Part shown: one piece after another, positions 15,848-22,868 of the stretch
How positions within the stretch are numbered: the stretch's first letter is position 1
How the letters are laid out: the number at the start of each line of letters is the position of its first letter
Assembly (NCBI GenBank): GCA_947377625.1
Contig: CANCGR010000001.1
Location: 1-26,161, forward strand
DNA: 26,161 nucleotides
From: Gammaproteobacteria bacterium
GTDB lineage: Bacteria > Pseudomonadota > Gammaproteobacteria > Pseudomonadales > Pseudohongiellaceae
Direction: 5' to 3'
The notes under the pieces: model-generated
What the model was told of the DNA's origin: nothing
The model's database searches: none
What the model saw: only the letters and a program-made list of their open reading frames with translations
Position numbers and translations under genes: made by a program

Positions 15848-17602
15848 GTGATAAACAAGAAACTACTGCTAGCGATAGCAGCAATAACACTTACCCAAAC
15901 TGCGCTGGCGGCCGATGCCGGTTCTCCTGCCAATGCCGGCAAGGCATTTTTTCGCGCGCAATGCGGCCTGTGCCACAGCGCGGAGCCGAATGACAACGGC
16001 GGTGCGCAAGGTCCGGGTTTGCAAGGCGTGTTCGGACGCAAAGCGGCAAGCAATGACCAGTTCTCCTATACCGACGTGCTGAAAAAATCCGGGCTGAGCT
16101 GGGATGCCGCCACGCTCGATAAATTTTTGACCAACCCCACCGCCATGGTGCCGGGTTCAGCAATGGTAATTGCAGTGCCGGGCAATGCCGACCGCGCCAA
16201 TGTGATTGCGTATTTCCAGGCCCTGAAAGAAGGCACCTACAAAGAAGCGCAGCGTCCTGCCTTTGGTGGCGGCGGCGGTGGCCCACCGGCAGCGCCTCCC
16301 GTTGCGGCGGCACCCCAAGGTGATGCCGACTGGAAGAAAGATGCACCGGGTCGTGTGCACAAGGTTGATGTAGACGCGTTGCCGAAACCCTATGCAACGT
16401 CTTCTGCCAATAATTTTCCGCGTCTGATTCCCAAGCCCGCCGGTGCTGAACTGAAATTGCCCAAAGGCTTCAAGGTTGATGTATTTGCCAAAGACCTGAC
16501 TGCTCCGCGCACGATGGTGGTGGCGCCCAATGGCGACATCTTCCTGTCCGAAACCCAGAGTGGCCGCGTGAAAGTGATGCGCCCGAGTATGGATGGCAGC
16601 AAACCAGAACAGATCACAGTGTTCGCGCAAGGCCTGCTGCAACCGCTGGGCATTGCGTTTTATCCTGCCGGTGACAAACCGCAGTGGGTCTATATTGCAG
16701 AAACCAATCGCGTTGTGCGCTATGCCTACAATGTGGGCGACACTGTAGCCAAAGGCATACCCGAGGTGGTGGTGCCGCAGCTGTCGCCGACAGCCGGCGG
16801 TGGTCACTACACACGTGACATTGCATTCTCACCCGATGGTAAACGCATGTTTGTCTCCGTGGGCTCGATGTCGAATGTGCCTGATAAAGCCACTACACCG
16901 CTGCCTGCAAAAACCGCTGACGAGATCAAAGCCTGGGAAGCAACCCATGGCCTGGGTGCTGCCTGGGGCAATGAAGAAAATCGTGCGGACGTACTGGCGT
17001 TTGAAGTGGGCTCCAACAAACCTGGCAAAGTATTCGCCAGCGGCATTCGCAACTGCGTAGGGCTCACCCTGCAAGCGGCAACTGGTGCACTGTGGTGTAC
17101 TACCAACGAGCGCGACAATCTGGGTGATGATCTGGTGCCTGATTACTCCACACGCGTGAAAGAAGGCGGCTTCTACGGCTGGCCTTGGTACTACATGGGC
17201 AAGAATGAAGACCCACGCTTTGCAGGCGAACGTCCTGACTTGGCGGGCAAGGCCATCGTGCCGGATGTGCGCTACACAGCACACTCTGCATCGGTTGATC
17301 TGGAGTTCTATCCCAAGAATGCCACCGGCAGTTCAGCGTTCCCCGCTGAATACGCAGGCGAAGGCTTTGCGGTATTGCATGGCTCATGGAACCGCGGCCA
17401 GCGCACCGGCCACAAGATTGTCAGGTTGCCGATGAAAGACGGCATACCTACTGGTGAATATATCGACTTCATGACGGGCTTCATCGGTGATGACGGCAAT
17501 CCATGGGGGCGTCCGGTAGCAGCCACCGTGGCCAAAGACGGCTCTCTGCTGGTCAGCGATGACGGCGCCAATGTGGTTTACCGTATTTCGTATTCGAAAT
17601 AA
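15848..17602 (+). CDS. Fusion of class I cytochrome c and a PQQ-type sugar/L-sorbosone dehydrogenase (GSDH-family beta-propeller), exported
   Basis: Signal peptide ending TALA. CGLCH (15962-15976) ... GPGLQGVFGR ... TLDKFLTNP...VPGSAM is c2-like with an axial Met. A Gly/Pro/Ala linker follows. The propeller has ELKLPKGFKVDVFA, GIRNCVGL, NERDNLGDDLVPDY, GGFYGWPW, HGSWNR and GSLLVSDD. Confidence 0.9.
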   Translation: MINKKLLLAIAAITLTQTALAADAGSPANAGKAFFRAQCGLCHSAEPNDNGGAQGPGLQGVFGRKAASNDQFSYTDVLKKSGLSWDAATLDKFLTNPTAMVPGSAMVIAVPGNADRANVIAYFQALKEGTYKEAQRPAFGGGGGGPPAAPPVAAAPQGDADWKKDAPGRVHKVDVDALPKPYATSSANNFPRLIPKPAGAELKLPKGFKVDVFAKDLTAPRTMVVAPNGDIFLSETQSGRVKVMRPSMDGSKPEQITVFAQGLLQPLGIAFYPAGDKPQWVYIAETNRVVRYAYNVGDTVAKGIPEVVVPQLSPTAGGGHYTRDIAFSPDGKRMFVSVGSMSNVPDKATTPLPAKTADEIKAWEATHGLGAAWGNEENRADVLAFEVGSNKPGKVFASGIRNCVGLTLQAATGALWCTTNERDNLGDDLVPDYSTRVKEGGFYGWPWYYMGKNEDPRFAGERPDLAGKAIVPDVRYTAHSASVDLEFYPKNATGSSAFPAEYAGEGFAVLHGSWNRGQRTGHKIVRLPMKDGIPTGEYIDFMTGFIGDDGNPWGRPVAATVAKDGSLLVSDDGANVVYRISYSK

Positions 17603-17622
17603 GGCCACATAAAGATCAATAT

Positions 17623-17658
17623 AAAAACGGCGTCATGATTTTGCATGACGCCGTTTTT
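17623..17658. terminator. Bidirectional intrinsic terminator between the cytochrome c/dehydrogenase gene and ftrA
   Basis: Perfect 15-bp inverted repeat AAAAACGGCGTCATG-attttg-CATGACGCCGTTTTT. Confidence 0.9.
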
Positions 17659-18610
17659 TATTGCGCCGGTTTCCATCGACTGAAAACTGCGCCCGGTATT
17701 GCGAGGGCGTGATGCCAACAACTTTGCGGAAGTGATGGCGCAGCGTCGTGGCGTTGTCAAAGCCGGCTTGTCCGGCAATGCTGTCAATACCGTCTTTGTT
17801 CACTTCCAGCTGCGCTTTGACAGAATTGACGCGCTGCAGCACCAGCCACTCGAGCGGACTCAAGTTGAAAGTGCTGCGGAATTTGCGGTCAAAGGTGCGA
17901 CGCGACATGCTGGCTTTGGCCGCGAATCGGTCGATATCAATGGCCTGTGCCAAATGCTTGAGTGCCCAATCCAGCGCCTGCGTGAATTGCGCTGGCCGCT
18001 GCTGCACGGGGGTTTCGACAAACTGTGACTGCCCGCCTTTGCGCTGTGCCGACATCACCAGTCGGCGCGCCACTTGGTTGGCGATTTGATAGCCGTGATC
18101 GTGCCTGATTACTTCAATGCCGAGATCGATGGCCGCTGCGCTGCCCGCCGAGCAACCCAGCAGGCCATCGAACACATAGAGCACATCATCGGCATAGTGC
18201 ACCTCGGGAAAACACTTTTTGAATTTTTCCGCATAACGCCAATGCGTGGTGGCCCTGCGGCCATCCAACAGTCCAAGTTGAGCCAACAAAAAAGAGCCTG
18301 AGCAGAACGAGAGTATGCGTTTACCGGCGGCGTGGAATTTTTTGACAGCCTTGGCCAGTGCTGCCGGCACTGCGAGCTCATCAGTCGGCCAGCTCGGGAT
18401 CACCAACAGCGAATACTTATCAAGCCCGGTAACCCGCTTTGCGCTTAGCTGCACGCCGCCAGCCAGGGCAAAGGGGCCAGCGGCAAAAGCCACCACCTCA
18501 CAACTGTACCAGTTGGCAAACTCCGGTCTTGGCAGACCAAATAATTCCACTGCACAACCCAGCTCGAACAATGCGGCGTGATCGTAGGTGAGAATGGCGA
18601 CCTTGCTCAT
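17633..18610 (-). CDS. ftrA: FtrA/GlxA-type AraC-family regulator with N-terminal DJ-1/PfpI domain, ~325 aa
   Basis: MSKVAILTYDHAALFELGCAVELFG, SFCSGSFLLA..GLLDGRRATTHW, SAGSAAAIDL, QRKGGQSQF, MSRRTFDRKF and AGFDNATTLRHHF...TPSQYR. Start placed at ATG 18610; the track's longer start overlaps the divergent promoter region. Confidence 0.9.
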   Translation of the reverse strand: MSKVAILTYDHAALFELGCAVELFGLPRPEFANWYSCEVVAFAAGPFALAGGVQLSAKRVTGLDKYSLLVIPSWPTDELAVPAALAKAVKKFHAAGKRILSFCSGSFLLAQLGLLDGRRATTHWRYAEKFKKCFPEVHYADDVLYVFDGLLGCSAGSAAAIDLGIEVIRHDHGYQIANQVARRLVMSAQRKGGQSQFVETPVQQRPAQFTQALDWALKHLAQAIDIDRFAAKASMSRRTFDRKFRSTFNLSPLEWLVLQRVNSVKAQLEVNKDGIDSIAGQAGFDNATTLRHHFRKVVGITPSQYRAQFSVDGNRRNKKRRHAKS

Positions 18611-18729
18611 GGACTCTGCACAGGTGGGGTTTGGCTTGATCTTAATGAAACTTGTCTTGCCAGCCAATACTTGCGCGAACTGCCAAGCGTGATAATTACC
18701 GCACCAATCACAGTGACCAGGAGCCACTC

Positions 18730-19137
18730 ATGTCATCTGCTGTTTCCAGACCGCCCGCTGCCGCCAGTGAAATTGCACTCGCACACTTTGAAGCATTGCT
18801 ACAGTTTGAAACTGACTGCTGGGACGTGCACCACGCCATAAATAATCAGCTCAAGGATTTCGTGTTGCTGGACGTGCGCAGCGAGGAGCTGTTTAACAAA
18901 GCCCATGTCGGCACTGCAGTAAATCTGCCGCATGCACGCATCAGTGAAAGCGCACTGCAAAGCTATCCTGCCAACACGCTATTCGTTGTTTATTGCGCCG
19001 GACCGCATTGCAATGCAACGGAGCGAGCAGCGATCAGGATTGCCAGCCTTGGGCGCCCAGTAAAGAAGATGATTGGCGGAGTTATCGGTTGGCTGGACGA
19101 AGGCTTCGCTTTGGAACACACCGCGACCAGCAGCTGA
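18730..19137 (+). CDS. Single-domain rhodanese-like protein, ~135 aa
   Basis: FETDCWDV, LLDVRS..LF...HV..AVNLPH, the active-site loop VVYCAGPHCNA and MIGGVIGW.DEGF. SD CAGGAG before ATG 18730. Divergent from ftrA, the known arrangement. Confidence 0.92.
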   Translation: MSSAVSRPPAAASEIALAHFEALLQFETDCWDVHHAINNQLKDFVLLDVRSEELFNKAHVGTAVNLPHARISESALQSYPANTLFVVYCAGPHCNATERAAIRIASLGRPVKKMIGGVIGWLDEGFALEHTATSS

Positions 19138-19148
19138 ATCTGGCGCGC

Positions 19149-19181
19149 AAAAAAAACGGGTCTGCAAATTTGCAGACCCGT
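19149..19181 (-). terminator. Intrinsic terminator oriented for minus-strand transcription
   Basis: Perfect 26-bp palindrome ACGGGTCTGCAAATTTGCAGACCCGT (19156-19181). The A8 run at 19149-19156 gives U8 on the minus strand only. Confidence 0.85.
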
Positions 19182-19274
19182 CAAACCAACAATGGGGTGG
19201 TGTGGTTTCAAAAAACACAGGCAAATTACCAATTTCAAATAACAAGAATTGAGATTCGTAAAGTGCCGTGAATT
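19149..19274 (-). ncRNA. Candidate small regulatory RNA (~125 nt), no family recognised
   Basis: Bounded by a predicted promoter (19282-19310) and a U8 terminator, inside a convergent intergenic region. U-rich body and a hairpin with a C-rich loop. No credible ORF. Confidence 0.45.
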
Positions 19275-19281
19275 GGGCGGG

Positions 19282-19310
19282 AGATTACGTATAGACTAAA
19301 GTCTAAGCAA
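19282..19310 (-). promoter_or_regulatory. Putative sigma70 promoter for the candidate sRNA
   Basis: Minus strand TTGCTT (19310-19305), 17-bp spacer, TAATCT (19287-19282), then the GC-rich discriminator CCCGCCC and A at 19274. The palindrome TAGACT-aa-AGTCTA (19292-19305) sits in the spacer. Confidence 0.45.
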
Positions 19311-19377
19311 GCTTTAGCTGCTGACTATGGGATAAATAATAATAAATTTAATGATTTTGCTTAAAAAAACAGGAATA

Positions 19378-19412
19378 TAAATTCTTGATTACGATGGCAA
19401 GTCAAGAATTTA
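19378..19412. promoter_or_regulatory. Operator-like perfect inverted repeat TAAATTCTTGA-N13-TCAAGAATTTA
   Basis: 11-bp perfect arms in an AT-rich intergenic region. Cognate regulator unknown. Confidence 0.45.
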
Positions 19413-19516
19413 GAGAATCCAGAATTCAAATTTTATTTCGCGAAATTAACTGTGCCTCGGCTATCCCGTCCCTGCAAAAGCGAGTCAGTGCAGCGGTGCA
19501 AACCCGCAGATGGTTG

Positions 19517-21808
19517 TCAGTATTGCCAGGCGTAGGTGAATTTTCCGAATGCCGTGCGATAGGTCGCCTGCAGTTGCGGCAGCAAGTCATTGGCAATCGA
19601 GGAATCGGAATAGCCAATAAAGAAGCGGGTCTGCGCGTTGAAGCGATAGCTGTACAACAACTGCGAGCTTAAATCGCGCGAGTGCGCATCGATTTTGAAA
19701 CTGTACAGCGCCGGGTTGCGATCGGTGTCGGAATTGATCAGCACCAACTTGATGAAGCTGTTGTTGGTGAATTGCCAGGTGATACGCAGGTCGGCAAGAT
19801 TGCTGGTATAGAGTGTGCCGCCTGCAACCTCCAGTCGCTGCCGGGAATAGCGCAGCTGTGCCTGCAGATGCCGACCGAGCTGGATGTTGAAACCGGGCGA
19901 GATCGTCAGTGAATCAGCTGCTTGTGTGTTGGAAAAATCAATGGTGTCAGAACTTGTGACATTGAGATCGAGTGTTACGCCATTCCACGGATTGAAAGAG
20001 TTCCACAGCGAAACCGAACCCGTATCAAAAGAGCGCCCATTGTAGAAACGATCGCCTTGCTCGAGATAAATCTCTGCGTTGTATTGCATGGGGCCGTTGA
20101 CCCACAAATCGGCGATTCGTGTTTCAGAAATCTTCTGCCCGCTCTCGTCAGTTACTTTGCTCCATTGGGTTCCTGCACCAATGGTATTGAAGAATGCGCT
20201 CGGTCCACGACGCCATGTGTAGCCGGGATTGATCAGCTGCTCACGGATGTTCACTTTGTTCACAAAGCCAAGGTCGGCGCGAAAATCCTTGCCGTAATCA
20301 GAGACAGCCGCATTCCAGAACCAGTTGTTGCCCTTATGGTTATAGGCGACCGAATAAGAAGTATCAGACAGTTCCGGCAGCTGGCCGAACGCAGTTTGAA
20401 TCGCAAGCGGATAGCTGGAATTACTGTGCATCACTTTGGTGGCAATGCGATCGGTACCCGTTGCCTGCCAGTTGAGGTCAGCTTGCGTCACGGTGTTGCT
20501 GTAATCATCGGCTTGGCGTGCAGTGCCGAGTACCCCAACAGTAAGATTGCCACCGACATCGTAACGATAACGCAAGGCCATGTTCTTGCTTTGCGTGTTG
20601 GCCAGCGTTGCCACTTGCGAGCCTTGTGAACCTGGAATGATGAAACCGGTGCGAGCATCGTTGGCCGCCAGAATGCCGTAGGTATGGTTGCCTTCCTTGC
20701 CAGTCAGCTTGACGCCATAGTCCGGGTCACTGATGTTGCGGGTATAGATCAGGCGCGTTTGGCCGCTGCCAAAGCCCACGTTGGTGTTTACCGTATTGAA
20801 ATATTCGGCACCATCAAGAAAAAACTCGCGCTTCTCCGGGAAATACAGCGCAAAGGTGCTGTTGACATCCAGTTGTGCCTGATCAGCCTCAACTTGCGAA
20901 AAATCCGGGTTGAGGGTGGCGTTAAGGATCATGCCGTCATTGATGGCCCAGCGCAGATCAGCGCCAGCTTCGGTGTTGGCCGCATCACGCTGCCACGTAT
21001 CAGTTACAGGGTTAGGTCTGCGTTCAACCACTGCGCTGGTCAGCGTGGGAATGATTCTGATGTTGGTAGTTTGCTGCAGATCAGGAAAGCCCTGCCCTTT
21101 GGGTATCTGGCACAGATAGCACGACCTGTTGTAGTCGTACTGCATGTCAGTCATTTTCTGCCACACATCACGCTGGTGAACGCGCAGAAGATTGATGCCC
21201 CAGGTTTGTATCGGCAGATCGCTGGCAAAGCGCAACTGGTTCAGCGGAATTTTCATTTCCACCACATAGCCGGTTTCAGTGATATTGCCGGCGCTGTCCC
21301 AAATGGCATTCCAGCTGTTGTCGGTGAAGCGGGCGACATCGTCATTGATCTGATCGACCTGCGAGCCGAGTGCATTGCTCCAGAATTCAAACGCACGGCG
21401 CCCGTCGTTGAAGGTGTCCAGCACTACGCCGACGCGGTCATCCGGAAATGCCTTGTCGCGGTCGCGATAGAAGGCGCGTAGTTTGGTAGGGTCAGGATCT
21501 TGTGCAACGAAAGCCACCAGAAAATTTTTGCCGTCTTCCATCAGATACACGTCGGTATGGAAAGGTGCGGGGATATTCTGGCCAGGATCAGTTTCGTTGC
21601 TGAGTTCGTAATGCGATGCTGCCGCCCATTCGCCGCCGGAAAAGACGCCATCGATATCAGGCGAGCGCCCGGTGTGGGGAATGGAATAAGTGATGCCGTT
21701 TGGTGGCGCTTGGCCAAATGTTTGCGAGCTGGCCAAACACAGCAACGCCATCGATGCGCAAGACAAAAAAGACAAGGCCCTTGGCAAGCGGCTCTTTGGT
21801 TCCTGCAT
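19517..21808 (-). CDS. Outer-membrane protein with N-terminal CBM9/DOMON-like domain and DUF5916-like beta-barrel, ~763 aa
   Basis: PDIDGVFSGGEW, DRVGVVLDTFND...FEFWSNALGSQ.D, WNAIWDSAG, YVVEMKIPLNQLRF, LNATLNPDFSQVEAD and FPEKREFFLDG. Amphipathic strands and an aromatic C-terminus (FTYAWQY). SD GGAG supports ATG 21808. Confidence 0.85.
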   Translation of the reverse strand: MQEPKSRLPRALSFLSCASMALLCLASSQTFGQAPPNGITYSIPHTGRSPDIDGVFSGGEWAAASHYELSNETDPGQNIPAPFHTDVYLMEDGKNFLVAFVAQDPDPTKLRAFYRDRDKAFPDDRVGVVLDTFNDGRRAFEFWSNALGSQVDQINDDVARFTDNSWNAIWDSAGNITETGYVVEMKIPLNQLRFASDLPIQTWGINLLRVHQRDVWQKMTDMQYDYNRSCYLCQIPKGQGFPDLQQTTNIRIIPTLTSAVVERRPNPVTDTWQRDAANTEAGADLRWAINDGMILNATLNPDFSQVEADQAQLDVNSTFALYFPEKREFFLDGAEYFNTVNTNVGFGSGQTRLIYTRNISDPDYGVKLTGKEGNHTYGILAANDARTGFIIPGSQGSQVATLANTQSKNMALRYRYDVGGNLTVGVLGTARQADDYSNTVTQADLNWQATGTDRIATKVMHSNSSYPLAIQTAFGQLPELSDTSYSVAYNHKGNNWFWNAAVSDYGKDFRADLGFVNKVNIREQLINPGYTWRRGPSAFFNTIGAGTQWSKVTDESGQKISETRIADLWVNGPMQYNAEIYLEQGDRFYNGRSFDTGSVSLWNSFNPWNGVTLDLNVTSSDTIDFSNTQAADSLTISPGFNIQLGRHLQAQLRYSRQRLEVAGGTLYTSNLADLRITWQFTNNSFIKLVLINSDTDRNPALYSFKIDAHSRDLSSQLLYSYRFNAQTRFFIGYSDSSIANDLLPQLQATYRTAFGKFTYAWQY

Positions 21809-21996
21809 GAATGGCTCCATGATTGTGCGCTCAAAAATCAGGTGCAAATCTGAAGCAAAAGCGTGAATGCAAGGTGGATACAACGTGATTTCATTGGGGA
21901 ATTATGGAACCAAAGACCAAGCACGCCAAGCCTTGACCGATAGCAATAAGCCGGGGATTTTGGCATGGTAGGCGCCTTGCTCCTGGAGATGAAGAA

Positions 21997-22857
21997 TTGA
22001 ATCCCGTCAGTCCTGCCAACACCCTTACCCTCACTACCGCACTGGGTCACCGCATCACCGCTTTCAAGGGCGATCATATTGCCGACAAGATTGCCCGTCA
22101 CGGTTTGTATGAGAAAGATGTGCTGAATTTTTTGCTGTCGTTGTTGCGGCAGATTGCCGAACCTGTGGTGCTCGACATTGGCGCCAATATTGGTAATCAC
22201 ACGTTGGCGTTTGCGACAGCAGCGGCGCAAGTCCATGCCTTTGAGCCCATTCCTGCCATTCATGCCTTGCTTGTACAGAACGTGAAGCAGAATCGGCTGG
22301 TGAATGTCGAGGTACACAATTTTGCGCTGTCAGATGCGACAGGCAGCGATCAGATCTACATGGTGCAGTCGGGCAATGTCGGTGCGTCCAGTTTTGACAA
22401 GCGTGCCAAAGGCGGCGAACCGCTCATCGTGCAAAAGCAGCGCGGTGACGATCTGGCGCTGATACAGAATTTACCCAAGCTGGATTTGCTCAAGATCGAT
22501 GTGGAAGCGCACGAAGTGTTTGTGCTGCGTGGGCTGATGCAAACACTGCGTAAACATTTGCCGTTCATCACGATGGAGTGGAACGACCCACTCACCGTCG
22601 AGCGCCTGAACGGCTCAGCCGAGTTGCAGTTTCTGTACGACAATTATCAGGTGGTGGTGCTGGGCTGCACGCATGATCGTGCGTGGTGGCAGGGCCAGCC
22701 GTTTGCGTTTGTGCGGCGCAAATTCACCCGGCATTTTCTGCAAAGACAAGCAGTGCTTTATCCGTTTGATCCAACCAGGTTGTACGACAATATTCTGCTG
22801 ATTCCCAAAGGCAAGGAATCCTTGGTCGCGTCACTCAATACGCCACAGCGCGGCTAG
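21997..22857 (+). CDS. FkbM-family SAM-dependent methyltransferase
   Basis: VLDIGANIGNHT, AFEP and LLKIDVEAHE. TTG start with SD GGAG 8 nt upstream. Confidence 0.9.
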   Translation: MNPVSPANTLTLTTALGHRITAFKGDHIADKIARHGLYEKDVLNFLLSLLRQIAEPVVLDIGANIGNHTLAFATAAAQVHAFEPIPAIHALLVQNVKQNRLVNVEVHNFALSDATGSDQIYMVQSGNVGASSFDKRAKGGEPLIVQKQRGDDLALIQNLPKLDLLKIDVEAHEVFVLRGLMQTLRKHLPFITMEWNDPLTVERLNGSAELQFLYDNYQVVVLGCTHDRAWWQGQPFAFVRRKFTRHFLQRQAVLYPFDPTRLYDNILLIPKGKESLVASLNTPQRG

Positions 22858-22868
22858 CAGCGCAGCTT

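Noticed and set aside
18979-19245. 88-aa minus-strand ORF across the candidate sRNA, and plus-strand ORF 19385-19672
   Set aside because: The first reads through the terminator into the rhodanese gene and the second overlaps the DUF5916 gene antisense. Neither has motifs or a well-placed SD.
21961-21975. Sigma54-like TGGCAT-N5-GCGC upstream of FkbM (also TGGCAC near 1265)
   Set aside because: The -12 TTGC element is poor or missing, and the implied TSS would fall almost on the SD.
21989-22000. ATG AAG AAT TGA mini-ORF overlapping the FkbM TTG start
   Set aside because: The GGAG abuts this ATG with no spacing but is optimally spaced for the TTG, so it is probably incidental.
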